Part shown: positions 50,433-60,457 of the stretch, in pieces | How positions within the stretch are numbered: position 1 is the first letter of the stretch | Layout: each line of letters starts with the position of its first letter | Assembly (NCBI GenBank): GCA_019058365.1 | Contig: JAHPZE010000002.1 | Location: 160,001 to 224,000, forward strand | DNA length: 64,000 bases | Direction of reading: 5' to 3' | Source of the DNA: Promethearchaeota archaeon | Lineage (GTDB): Archaea; Asgardarchaeota; Lokiarchaeia; Sigyniarchaeales; SOKP01 | The notes under the pieces: model-generated | Told to the model about the DNA's origin: nothing | The model's database searches: none | The model's input: the letters and a program-made list of their open reading frames with translations, nothing else | Position numbers and translations under genes: made by a program

Positions 50433-52355
50433 GTGGCTTATAAAGAATTAAAATATCTTTTTAAAAATCTTCAAGAGAGAGTCAATAAGCAAGATTTTAG
50501 CATAAAGTCTGTAAACCGCTTGTTATTTGAAATTTTAGAGAAGAATAATACTAAATTTGAAGAATTTAAAAATGATATCCGATTAAAATGGGAAGAATTT
50601 GAAAAAAAAAATAGAAACCGAGTAATTAAGAAAACATTTACTTCATTTTTCTATGAAACTTTTCATGAGCTATTTAGTTATTTTTTAAATATGTTTTTTG
50701 GTTTTGATAAAAATTCCTTAAAGCTAATTAATAAAGAAAAAATATCTGAAAAAATAATTTTTTTTGATTATAACTATACTCTAAATCCAAATGAAGAGGA
50801 CTCAATTGTTAAAAGTTCAGGGGAATTTCAAGTAGATGTATTGTATGGATTTTCTGTTACTACGGGATATCTTTATTTTCTTGTTCGCCTGTTAGGAATT
50901 GTTATTAGAAATACAATTCAGAAAAAAATCTTTATTTTACTTGATGCAGTTATAGAGAAAGACAGAGAGGCAAATAAGAATTTGAATTTTATGATAATCA
51001 TTAAAGATAGTAAGGATGAAATTTTCAATTATTATTATAATATGGTTTTATATTATTTCTTAAGACAATTTAAAGGGATTCCTAAAGAATTTTATGAGAA
51101 ATTGTTAGAAGGAAGAGAAAAATTATACCAGGTCGCTTTAAACGAATATTATCTATCAAAAGAAAAATTAGTTGATTTACTATATTATTTTTATAAAAAA
51201 TGTAATTTATTACAGAGTTTCTCACCCTTATTAGACTTTTTTAATTTTGTAGGAGCTAGAGTAGAGGATTCTGTTTTTTCTAAAGTTGATATTATTAAGA
51301 AAGAATTCCTAATTAACCTTGATTATTCTACAGAGAAAAAAAATACTATTATCAAATTCTTCGATTATCTTGATAAGACATCAACCCTATATTCAACCTT
51401 TCAAGCAAACAATCTGCCATCTCCAAAATCGCAATTAAATCTATTTTTATTATATATGAAATATTACTTTGGTAGTGGACTGGAGGCTTTAGAAGTGGGG
51501 GATTTATTATTTTTACCTGAAATTTTTAAAGTAACATTAAATCAATATAATAAAACTATAGAGGATGTGATTGGAGCTAATTCTATCAACAATATTAAAG
51601 AATTTATAAATTTCCTGTCAGCTTTGTCAAATATTAAAAACATCAATCTCTTTTTTCAAAAGATCTTTAAAAAAAATATTTCTCAATTAAATTATGGCTT
51701 TTTTAGGACATTTCTAAAAAGTTTAAATTCAAATTTTTCTCAGAACTTAGCTAAAGAAAATAAAATTCTATGTGAAGATCCACAAAATACACCATTTACA
51801 TTTAATATTATTGTTGACCATATATGCAGAATTCTCTATGTATTGATTGATAAAATTTTTATGAGATCCTCACCAGATATTGCATCTAACAATTTCATTG
51901 ATCCACGTAGTCGATATATTGGAAAAAATATTGCTTTAAGAGTGTTAGAACTCTTTGTTTTTCAAGATATAAATTATTCTGATGATGTGTGGCCAGATTA
52001 TATTATCAGTTTAAACAGAGAACCCATTAAGAATGAGTTGAAAAAGTTTAACATAGAAATTCCTGACAAATATTTCTACTCAGTTGAGGAATTAGTCCAA
52101 ATAATGGTAACCTATAATATCCAATCTTTTTCTGATCAACCTTATTTCGAAGAATGGTTAATACATGAGATTATCATTCCACTTAATGATTTAATTCAAA
52201 ATATTCGAAATTCAGTAGGAGATCCCGCAAAAGAACTTGATGTATATGAAAAATTAAGTGAATATTTCCTATTAAATATAAAAGATGAGCAAATTATTAA
52301 GGATTTTAAATTCTTATGTCAACAATTTGCCCCGTTTTGGAAACATGTTGAGTAA
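50433..52355 (+). CDS. Hypothetical protein (helical, 640 aa)
   Basis: Long ORF with coding composition; no recognised motif. Confidence 0.75.
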   Translation: MAYKELKYLFKNLQERVNKQDFSIKSVNRLLFEILEKNNTKFEEFKNDIRLKWEEFEKKNRNRVIKKTFTSFFYETFHELFSYFLNMFFGFDKNSLKLINKEKISEKIIFFDYNYTLNPNEEDSIVKSSGEFQVDVLYGFSVTTGYLYFLVRLLGIVIRNTIQKKIFILLDAVIEKDREANKNLNFMIIIKDSKDEIFNYYYNMVLYYFLRQFKGIPKEFYEKLLEGREKLYQVALNEYYLSKEKLVDLLYYFYKKCNLLQSFSPLLDFFNFVGARVEDSVFSKVDIIKKEFLINLDYSTEKKNTIIKFFDYLDKTSTLYSTFQANNLPSPKSQLNLFLLYMKYYFGSGLEALEVGDLLFLPEIFKVTLNQYNKTIEDVIGANSINNIKEFINFLSALSNIKNINLFFQKIFKKNISQLNYGFFRTFLKSLNSNFSQNLAKENKILCEDPQNTPFTFNIIVDHICRILYVLIDKIFMRSSPDIASNNFIDPRSRYIGKNIALRVLELFVFQDINYSDDVWPDYIISLNREPIKNELKKFNIEIPDKYFYSVEELVQIMVTYNIQSFSDQPYFEEWLIHEIIIPLNDLIQNIRNSVGDPAKELDVYEKLSEYFLLNIKDEQIIKDFKFLCQQFAPFWKHVE

Positions 52356-52370
52356 TTTTAATATCATTTT

Positions 52371-52919
52371 TTACGTAATATTAAATATTTCTAAAAATCT
52401 CGAAAATTGACTCTCTATATCTACTATTGGTAAATCTGAGATATTTTTATTATTTAAATCTTTGATACATATTACTCCAGAAACCATTTTAACGTCTTTA
52501 GTTAATTGTTCTTCAACTTCATTTAGATTGGATATACATAATACTGTAGGGTTATTTAAATTCCTAAATCCTTCTGTAAATACTATGTCTACTTTAAAAG
52601 GTCCATTTTTTAAGAACTTTAAAAGTACTTCCAGTCTAATTTCTTCCTTTTTTAAAAAAATTGCAGTCTCATTATTATCATTTTGAATCACAGAATAAGT
52701 AGCTCCAGCTTCAGTGAATTTATAAGAATCTTTTCCTTTCTTATCAACTGGATGGTGTTTTACATTCTTTATCACAGCAATATTATAATTAAGTCTTTTT
52801 TTTAATAATTTCATAGCTGTTGTAATGAAATTTGTTTTTCCAGAGCTGGAATATCCAATGACAGAAATAATATGAAAATTCATATTGTAATTTATTTTGG
52901 ATTCTTTTTCTATTTTCAT
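52371..52919 (-). CDS. mobB: Molybdopterin-guanine dinucleotide biosynthesis protein B
   Basis: GYSSSGKT, AVIK, DKKGKDS..F..AGA, DIVFTEGF. Confidence 0.88.
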   Translation of the reverse strand: MKIEKESKINYNMNFHIISVIGYSSSGKTNFITTAMKLLKKRLNYNIAVIKNVKHHPVDKKGKDSYKFTEAGATYSVIQNDNNETAIFLKKEEIRLEVLLKFLKNGPFKVDIVFTEGFRNLNNPTVLCISNLNEVEEQLTKDVKMVSGVICIKDLNNKNISDLPIVDIESQFSRFLEIFNIT

Positions 52920-53011
52920 TTATTTTAATGGAAAAAAAATATATTATTTTACTAGTTAATATTTATTTAAATAAGATTTTTCTCTAGAATTCAAAATATC
53001 TTTGAAAATTA

Positions 53012-55003
53012 ATGCCTGCTAAAAAAGAATGGATCATATTTGACGCTAATTTCTTCATTTGTATGTTGCAAATTAAAGCACGTAATATTTTAGGAAATTT
53101 AAATAAAGCTGCTGAGGATTTAGGGTATGAATATTATATCTCTCAAGTAGTATTTGATGAAATAAAAGCGCCTCATACTTATAAAGATAAATTAAAAAGT
53201 TTCGTAAATGTAGTAGAAATATTACCAAATCAAATTGATGCCATTAAAGATAAACTACGTCAATTTAACATAAGGTTTCCTGCTCAAGATCCAGATCTCA
53301 CACTTGTTTGCATCGGAAATAGCTTATTGAACAAAAATGACACCTTTCCTGTCCATCTTGTGACTGATGACTTTAAACTAGCAAAGAATACAAATTTACT
53401 ATATAAAGCTAAAATCAATATATTATCACTATCAAGCTTTCTTCTAAAAATTCAAAGAACAATTGCCGATGCTCAGATGAGAAGTTACTTTAAAGATATT
53501 TGGAGGAGAAGTTTGAATTATACATTATCTTATATGATTGAACGTTCTAAAATCTATCCCGCTGAACAAAAGATTACTTGGTTGATTGAAAAAGCAATAG
53601 CGGTTACAGAAACGTCAATCCTAACGCAAGATATTGAGTTAGAGAACCCCGATACTGGTGTGAAATTTGAAATTGGAGCTTCTAAATATGCAGTTGAAAT
53701 AACTCTTGCTGAAAAATATATTGAAAATCAAGATCTTTCCCAAACCGAGGAGGAAAAAATATTTGGGATTATAAAATTCCTAGAAAATCTAAAAATTTCA
53801 AGGGAATACATAATTCGAGCCCGAAAGGCGATAATAAAAAGTATCCCAAAGGATGCAGTTAAGTTCTTAAAAAAAGGAAATGGATTTTTAGTATCTTTAC
53901 TTCAAGTTGCATCTGGACAATTGACAAGTGTGAAGGATTATGATATTGTTGAGCAGTTAATATGTTCTGAAATTAGTAAGATGGAATTCTTACGAGCATT
54001 TTTATTAGTTTCTCTTGGCCGTATTAATACAGCAATTGATTCACTTGAAAGAGCGGCATTATTTTCGGTTATAATTCATAATTATAAAACTTGTTTAACT
54101 TTAAATTATGTAAAGGCTTTAATTTATTTATTCCACGGGCTTTATACAGAAGCAATTAGACAATACAATTTTTCTGAAGAATTAGCTGACATTTATGGAG
54201 ATGATAAGCTAAGACTAAAATGTTTGATAGGTAAAGCCATAGCACTTTATATTCAAGGTGAAGATAGGAATACAGCATTAAATATCATGGAAGAAATTTC
54301 AAATATGGACTTAGACAAGAATTTCCTTGATGCAATAATAGTTTTTAGTGAGTTAGGAGATTATTTTCTAGCTTTAGGACATTCTCAAATTGCAACAAAT
54401 CTTTATAATCAAGCTTTAGAAATCTCGATTGACTATAAATTATCATTCAAAAGTGAAATTTTAATAGAGAAATTAAAAAGATCTTATATCGCAACCGTAC
54501 TAGTTGGTTATTCAGCAGAAGATGCTGTTGATAAATTGGATCTTTTATTAGATAAGGCGTACTCTATCAAGGATGTTGAAAAATATAATGAGCAAATTAA
54601 AAAAATATCAAGCTTTAATCTCTTATTTTATACTCCATTCCCGTATATTACAGGAAAAAAAAAAATTATCCCCTACTCAGCATTACCGAAAGAACTTAAA
54701 GATGATTACTTGGAAGTGGTATATTTCGAAAAATTAAAAGAAACTCAAGATAAAATTCTTTTTATTGTTTCTCATTATGAACTAGGCTTGTTAGGTATTA
54801 AATTGAAAACAAGTGAAAATGTAACTGGAATTGCTGAAAATTATAATCTTAAGATAAAACCAAATGCGAAAGTTAAAATATATGAACCTGATGAAGATTT
54901 AAAAGATGTGTTTTTAATCCGTGCAATTATCGAAATAACAACGATAGATACAGTTCAAATTAAATATACTCTTCCATCTTTCTTTAAACAGTTAAATCTG
55001 TAA
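53012..55003 (+). CDS. PIN-domain protein fused to TPR repeats
   Basis: IFDANF, VFDEI, DPDLTL, LVTDD acidic quartet; TPR-like helices in the C-terminal half. Confidence 0.78.
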   Translation: MPAKKEWIIFDANFFICMLQIKARNILGNLNKAAEDLGYEYYISQVVFDEIKAPHTYKDKLKSFVNVVEILPNQIDAIKDKLRQFNIRFPAQDPDLTLVCIGNSLLNKNDTFPVHLVTDDFKLAKNTNLLYKAKINILSLSSFLLKIQRTIADAQMRSYFKDIWRRSLNYTLSYMIERSKIYPAEQKITWLIEKAIAVTETSILTQDIELENPDTGVKFEIGASKYAVEITLAEKYIENQDLSQTEEEKIFGIIKFLENLKISREYIIRARKAIIKSIPKDAVKFLKKGNGFLVSLLQVASGQLTSVKDYDIVEQLICSEISKMEFLRAFLLVSLGRINTAIDSLERAALFSVIIHNYKTCLTLNYVKALIYLFHGLYTEAIRQYNFSEELADIYGDDKLRLKCLIGKAIALYIQGEDRNTALNIMEEISNMDLDKNFLDAIIVFSELGDYFLALGHSQIATNLYNQALEISIDYKLSFKSEILIEKLKRSYIATVLVGYSAEDAVDKLDLLLDKAYSIKDVEKYNEQIKKISSFNLLFYTPFPYITGKKKIIPYSALPKELKDDYLEVVYFEKLKETQDKILFIVSHYELGLLGIKLKTSENVTGIAENYNLKIKPNAKVKIYEPDEDLKDVFLIRAIIEITTIDTVQIKYTLPSFFKQLNL

Positions 55004-55024
55004 TACAATACAGTAAAAGAACGG

Positions 55025-55297
55025 CTATTCTTTCCTCAAACTTTTATCTCGTTGTGATATTTGATGGCTGTGTATGGCACATGAAATACAGTAGTATTTT
55101 GTCTTACTTGGAGCTTGAATTATCGTTCCTGATTTCTTTAATTCAGTATACATCCGGGAATCAACTAGAGAAACCCTTCTTGTTACAGCTTTAGCTTTGC
55201 TACGAGCAACAGTTCGACCACACTTAGCACACTGAACTTTAGCATACTGTCCTTTACTAGATCCGCTTCTACCGCCACTTTTTCTCTTTTTTGGAAT
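55025..55297 (-). CDS. rps26e: Ribosomal protein eS26
   Basis: PKKRKSGGR, CAKCGR..KA, YCISCAIH. ATT 55297 gives the family MPKKR start; alternative TTG 55306. Confidence 0.95.
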   Translation of the reverse strand: MPKKRKSGGRSGSSKGQYAKVQCAKCGRTVARSKAKAVTRRVSLVDSRMYTELKKSGTIIQAPSKTKYYCISCAIHSHQISQRDKSLRKE

Positions 55298-55440
55298 AAA
55301 AATCAACCATTTTTAATTTTTTCTTGTTGATCTTTAGATTTATAAACAATTAAATTGTTTAAAACTTAAAAAATTTATCCTTAAGCATAAAAAACTGCAA
55401 AAATAAAAAATTAAAACATAATTTATAGAGTTAGCTAATT

Positions 55441-56154
55441 TTATTTTAAATTTGCATTTAGATTCTTTAAAGTTTTAAAAGCAAAATTTAATCTTTGGAG
55501 AACTGTATAAATCAATGTTAAAGTATAAATTATAATACTAATGAGAAAAATTGGTGTGACTGGTACTCTTGTGATAAATGGAACAGAAATTGTTATAGGC
55601 TCATGTAATATTAGTAATGTTAAAAAATAAAATATTAGTTCTATAATAATAGCAAAAAGTAAAAACAAAATTCGTTCAGCTCGTTCCATAAAACCAATTC
55701 CTCTCATATTAACGCCTTCATTTTCAGCTCTTGAACGTATATAAGAGATCATGATAACTAAAAACAAAATAATATAACCTAACATATAATCCACTAAACC
55801 TCCATAGATTAACCCTAATATGAGTATAGCATCAGAAAGTCTATCTAAATTTGAATCTAAAAATGCACCAGCTTGAGTTTCATTTCCTGTTCTTCTCGCT
55901 ACTTCCCCATCAAATAAATCAAAAGCGCCAGCTATTCCCAAAATAAAAGGTATTACCCACGAAAGCCATATAGAAAAATATAACCCATATAATGCAATTA
56001 TTAAAGAGCCAACTAATGTACATATAAATCCTATATAAGAAATCTTATTAGGCGTAAAATTATGTTTAATTAAAAATTCTACAGGGCGATCTATATATCT
56101 ACTTGAAAATTCCTTCTGTCGAGCTCTTTTTTTATTCTCTTCTATCTCATTCAA
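55441..56154 (-). CDS. CDP-alcohol phosphatidyltransferase (archaetidylinositol-phosphate synthase-like)
   Basis: TPN, DLFDGEVARR..GAFLDSNLDR, SYIRSRAE, ERAER. Confidence 0.9.
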   Translation of the reverse strand: MNEIEENKKRARQKEFSSRYIDRPVEFLIKHNFTPNKISYIGFICTLVGSLIIALYGLYFSIWLSWVIPFILGIAGAFDLFDGEVARRTGNETQAGAFLDSNLDRLSDAILILGLIYGGLVDYMLGYIILFLVIMISYIRSRAENEGVNMRGIGFMERAERILFLLFAIIIELIFYFLTLLILHEPITISVPFITRVPVTPIFLISIIIYTLTLIYTVLQRLNFAFKTLKNLNANLK

Positions 56155-56224
56155 TTGACTTATAATTCCTGATATCCAATAATTTAGATATTATTTTTAA
56201 AATTTTATTCCAATAAAAAATTTA

Positions 56225-56821
56225 TTAAAATGCTAACAAATGTAATTTCAATAATCGAATCACTGAGGAAGCTAAATACGATTGATTTCCAATACTTATC
56301 ATCGGAAGATTTAATGCTGATAATTCCTTTGAGTATATAAATTCGTCCTCTTGGCTCCCTATTATGAAAACTATGTTTTCTTTTTCTTTAATAATATTTA
56401 ATAACTTAAAAAAATCTTGACCTTGTTCATGTAAAATGTATATATTATAATTTAATTGTTTAAAATGATTTATTGCTTCTATTATAGTCATTTTTGAAAT
56501 TTTAATTGAACTCAATAGATTGAGAGAGTAATCTCTTGTAGTATGATATTTTTGAAGGAATTTAACAAAATAATCTGTAAAGCGCAATTCATTCTTCGGA
56601 AAACTTTCATAATTGAAAAATTCAGGGTTAAAAATAAAAGTGCCATATCGATCCAAAAACGCCCATATCTGAATATTTCTTTCAAAATCATTATTACTTA
56701 GTATTGCTGAAAGAATACATCGTGAAATTACATCTAATCGGCCAGAAGATCCGGGTATATCCTTTATAGTATAATTATTTATATCTATAGTCTTAGATTT
56801 AATGAAAAAAAGTAGGTTCAT
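56225..56821 (-). CDS. trmY: tRNA (pseudouridine54-N1)-methyltransferase-like SPOUT protein
   Basis: DIPGSSGRLDVISRCI, LHEQG, FIIG, ISIG..YLAS. Confidence 0.82.
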   Translation of the reverse strand: MNLLFFIKSKTIDINNYTIKDIPGSSGRLDVISRCILSAILSNNDFERNIQIWAFLDRYGTFIFNPEFFNYESFPKNELRFTDYFVKFLQKYHTTRDYSLNLLSSIKISKMTIIEAINHFKQLNYNIYILHEQGQDFFKLLNIIKEKENIVFIIGSQEDEFIYSKELSALNLPMISIGNQSYLASSVIRLLKLHLLAF

Positions 56822-56959
56822 ATAATCATTCTATGAAGTTTTTATATTTTATGATAAAAAAATAAAAAATTGGTCTAAATTTAATTTAAATTCAATTTAA
56901 ATTTAATAAAATGTAAAGTACAAATTAGTTTAAATTTACTTCTTAATTGATGAAAAAAT

Positions 56960-57724
56960 ATGGAGCAAAATAACATCGCAATTGAAGTAAGAAATTTGAA
57001 GAAACATTTTAGAACAAAATTAGAAAATGTTAAAGCTCTAGATGATATTTCTTTCAATGTTAAATCCGGAGAGATTTTTGGATTATTAGGACCAAATGGT
57101 GCAGGAAAAACCACAACAATCAATATATTAATAGGGTTAATTAAACCAACTGATGGATCAGCTACTATTTATGGTTATGATATACAAGATCATATTTCAA
57201 AGGCTAAAGAATTAATAGGAGTTTGCCCCCAGGAGCATGCTGTATTTAAATTTTTATCGGGGAGGGAAAATATAGAACTCTTTGGTAATTTATATTCGAT
57301 GCCTAAAGATAAAATAAAAAAGAGAGCAGATGAACTAATAGACAAATTAAATTTTTCAAATGCGAGTAAACATAAAACGAAAGGTTATAGTGGAGGCATG
57401 TTAAGTCAATTAAATTTAATCATCTCTATTATAAATAATCCCAAAATCATATTCTTAGATGAACCAACAGTTGGAATGGACCCACGAGCACGAAGAAAGA
57501 CATGGGAATTTATTGGCAATTTTAAAAATGAGCGAAAAACAGTATTGCTTACAACTCATTATATTGAAGAAGCTGAAGCTCTATGTGATAGAGTTGCTAT
57601 TATTGATTATGGTGAATTGCTTGATATTGGGTCACCAAAAGATTTAATGAAAAAATATGAATCAGATAATTTAGAAGACGTCTTTATGAATATTACAGGA
57701 AGAAAAATTATGGAGGGAATGTAA
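56960..57724 (+). CDS. ABC-2 exporter ATPase
   Basis: GPNGAGKT, YSGGM, LDEPTVGMD, TTHY. Confidence 0.93.
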   Translation: MEQNNIAIEVRNLKKHFRTKLENVKALDDISFNVKSGEIFGLLGPNGAGKTTTINILIGLIKPTDGSATIYGYDIQDHISKAKELIGVCPQEHAVFKFLSGRENIELFGNLYSMPKDKIKKRADELIDKLNFSNASKHKTKGYSGGMLSQLNLIISIINNPKIIFLDEPTVGMDPRARRKTWEFIGNFKNERKTVLLTTHYIEEAEALCDRVAIIDYGELLDIGSPKDLMKKYESDNLEDVFMNITGRKIMEGM

Positions 57725-58465
57725 ATGAATACACAAAGACTCTTTGCGTTATTAAAGATGGAGTTGAAAAAAATTATAAGAGAACCAGCCTATGTATTTT
57801 TAATGTTTCTATTTCCCGCTGTTCTCACAATAATTTTTGGGTTTACCTTTAGTGATCCAGAACTAGGAATGCCATTTAGTGCAATGGCTCCCGGTTTATT
57901 TGCTTATGCGTGTATTTTCATAATAATGATTGTAGCACAATCTTTTTCTGATGAAAGAGAACAAGGATTATTAAGGAGATTAAGCATTACCCCTATGAAG
58001 GCTTCTGATTTCATGGGAAGTCAGATTTTATCAAATATGATAATCGCTATGGTGCAAGTTCTCATTGTTTTCATTTTAGCTCAACTCTTTGACTTTAAGC
58101 CACAGACCGATATTTTAGGCATTTTATTGGCAATTATACTAATGGCTATTTTTTCTCTTAGTTCTGTAGGACTTGGACTAATTACTGCTACGATATCTAA
58201 AAGTGCCGGTGTAGCAACAGGTCTATCTTTTCTCTTTATACTGCCTCAAATGTTCTTGGGAACTTTCATACCAATAACTAGTAATACTCGAGTAATAGCA
58301 GTCTTTCTCCCAAGTTATTATGTAACAGACGCTCTAACTTCAATTTTTAATGGAGATTCACTACTCAGTGCTAATATATTAATTGATTTTAGTGTTGTTT
58401 CGATTGTTAGTATTATGATTGTAATTATCGGTATACAATTATTCGACAAATTTGGAAATAAATAA
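57725..58465 (+). CDS. ABC-2 exporter permease
   Basis: 6 TM helices, EREQGLLRRL motif; adjacent to the ATPase. Confidence 0.9.
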   Translation: MNTQRLFALLKMELKKIIREPAYVFLMFLFPAVLTIIFGFTFSDPELGMPFSAMAPGLFAYACIFIIMIVAQSFSDEREQGLLRRLSITPMKASDFMGSQILSNMIIAMVQVLIVFILAQLFDFKPQTDILGILLAIILMAIFSLSSVGLGLITATISKSAGVATGLSFLFILPQMFLGTFIPITSNTRVIAVFLPSYYVTDALTSIFNGDSLLSANILIDFSVVSIVSIMIVIIGIQLFDKFGNK

Positions 58466-58511
58466 AAAAAAGTGGTTATTTATTTTTTTAAAAATTTCTT
58501 AAAATATTCAA

Positions 58512-59513
58512 TCATTTTTCATTAGTAATATTTATTGAATGCTTTTTCTTATAACGAATGATTAAATAGAAAGCAGAAGACATCAGAGTGACAGACAAAA
58601 CAATACCTAAAATTGCTGCTCCATAATCACTAGTTATCCAACTAAACAGTGGAATCCAAGGAGATACTAAATTTTCTAACCATGATTCACCATTTTGGTC
58701 AATTAATACACGTTCTAATCCATCTGGAGCATCAGATAGAAATCCTATTGTAAATCCAACTGCTATCATCAACAATAAACCTCCAACTACTACAACAATT
58801 GAAATTATTGGTTTTTTATATTTAGTAAGATTAAATAATATCACTTTGTTTTCCATATATGAATCTGTTGTGATTAAATCTGGTTTTACTCTATATATAT
58901 AGAACACAATTAAAGCAGAAATAATAGCTTCTCCAATACCTATCAAAACGTGCCAATAAACCATTGCAGGGATAGCAATTCCTAGTGGGATTGCCCCTGA
59001 AAGACCTAATTCAATGCCACACATAAAAGAGGCTAAAATGATAGCAATATAGGAACCAATGGCAGTAGCAATTGTAACTTTCATTTCCTTCTTAATAGAT
59101 GTTTTATTTAGAATCTTTACTAAAAATACTACAATATAAAATCCAACAAATCCTCCTATTATTCCCATATTGAAAGTATTTGCACCTAATGCTAGAATGC
59201 CTCCATCTCCGAATAAACTTTGTACAACTAATACCAAAAAAAGTATAATTACTGAAGCCCATGGTCCTAATATAACAGCTACTAAGGTACCTCCAATTAA
59301 ATGGCCAGAGGTGCCACCAGGAACGGGATAATTAACAAACTGAAATGCAAAAATCGTAGCAGCCAAGACACCTATATAAGGTATTAATTTCTCAGAATCT
59401 TCTTTCTCAAAAATTTTTCCCATTTTAAAATATCCTAAAATCATTACTATAATTGCAACAATCCATAGGATAATTAGAGTTGCAGGATTAAGTAATCCAT
59501 CTGGTATATGCAT
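58512..59513 (-). CDS. ECF Ni/Co substrate component, NikM/CbiM fused to PDGLE (NikN) domain
   Basis: N-terminal MHIPDG, GTSGHL, LGAN, GIGEA, C-terminal PDGLE. Confidence 0.92.
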   Translation of the reverse strand: MHIPDGLLNPATLIILWIVAIIVMILGYFKMGKIFEKEDSEKLIPYIGVLAATIFAFQFVNYPVPGGTSGHLIGGTLVAVILGPWASVIILFLVLVVQSLFGDGGILALGANTFNMGIIGGFVGFYIVVFLVKILNKTSIKKEMKVTIATAIGSYIAIILASFMCGIELGLSGAIPLGIAIPAMVYWHVLIGIGEAIISALIVFYIYRVKPDLITTDSYMENKVILFNLTKYKKPIISIVVVVGGLLLMIAVGFTIGFLSDAPDGLERVLIDQNGESWLENLVSPWIPLFSWITSDYGAAILGIVLSVTLMSSAFYLIIRYKKKHSINITNEK

Positions 59514-59558
59514 TTTTAAAATATTAAGGTTAATTTTTTTTATAATGAATAATTAAAA

Positions 59559-59621
59559 TGTTACTATATTATAAAAGAGTATGAAATATATAAAATATTA
59601 CTTTTTTAAAAAAAAGTATGA
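59559..59621. promoter_or_regulatory. Tandem TRTTAC-N14-GTATGA operators (NikR-like)
   Basis: TGTTAC(59559)-N14-GTATGA(59579) and TATTAC(59596)-N14-GTATGA(59616), exactly 37 bp apart. Confidence 0.6.
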
Positions 59622-59653
59622 AATTTATAATAAGTTAAATAGCTGATAAATTC

Positions 59654-60457
59654 TTGAGAACAACCTTACCTTTTAGGCATGAGAATGAAAAGATTTATTT
59701 AAAGAAGATTAATCCCTTAATTCGCTTAATTTTACCATTTATTTTAGTAGTACCTTTTCTTGTTATAGAAGATTTTTATCTGATATTTACAATTTTATTT
59801 GTTTCTTTAACCACTGATTTAATACTTCGGTTAAATGTAATAAAAATTCTTTCAAGATTGAAAGTGGTTATCCCATTTGTTTTTTTAATTACGATCTTTA
59901 TTCCATTTTATGTTGGGGAGACTGTGGTATATATATTCAATATTGGAATTCCAATAATAATTTATAGAGAAGGTTTATATCTAGCTTCTCTTATTTTTTT
60001 AAGAGTTTTTGGAGCTCTATTCATATTTATGTCATTTTTTTCAACTTTAACTTACTCAGAATTTATAGATGCCTTAACCAAATTACGATTACCTTCAGTT
60101 TTCGTAGGATCTTTAATAATAATGTTACATTATATTCCAATCCTAGCAGGGTCTAACAAAAAGATATTAGAAGCACAAGAAATGAGAGGAAAAAAAATTA
60201 CGTCTTATTGGCAAAAATTAAATGCTCACGCTTATATTATGGGTAAGGGTATTATAATGAATATGGAAAGAAGTGAAAGATTATATGAAAGTTTAAAAAT
60301 GCGAGGTTTTTCTGGTAAAATTACATTTGCTCCAAAAAAAATAAAAATGATTGATTTGGTATTATTAGCATTATTCTCATTAATGGTTATTAGTTTTATT
60401 TTTATTATAAACTTAAAATCAATTTATCAAGGTGTTTTTGCATTAATTTTGCCGTAG
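59654..60457 (+). CDS. ECF T component (CbiQ/NikQ)
   Basis: TM helices, AQEMRG and SLKMRGF motifs. Confidence 0.9.
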   Translation: MRTTLPFRHENEKIYLKKINPLIRLILPFILVVPFLVIEDFYLIFTILFVSLTTDLILRLNVIKILSRLKVVIPFVFLITIFIPFYVGETVVYIFNIGIPIIIYREGLYLASLIFLRVFGALFIFMSFFSTLTYSEFIDALTKLRLPSVFVGSLIIMLHYIPILAGSNKKILEAQEMRGKKITSYWQKLNAHAYIMGKGIIMNMERSERLYESLKMRGFSGKITFAPKKIKMIDLVLLALFSLMVISFIFIINLKSIYQGVFALILP

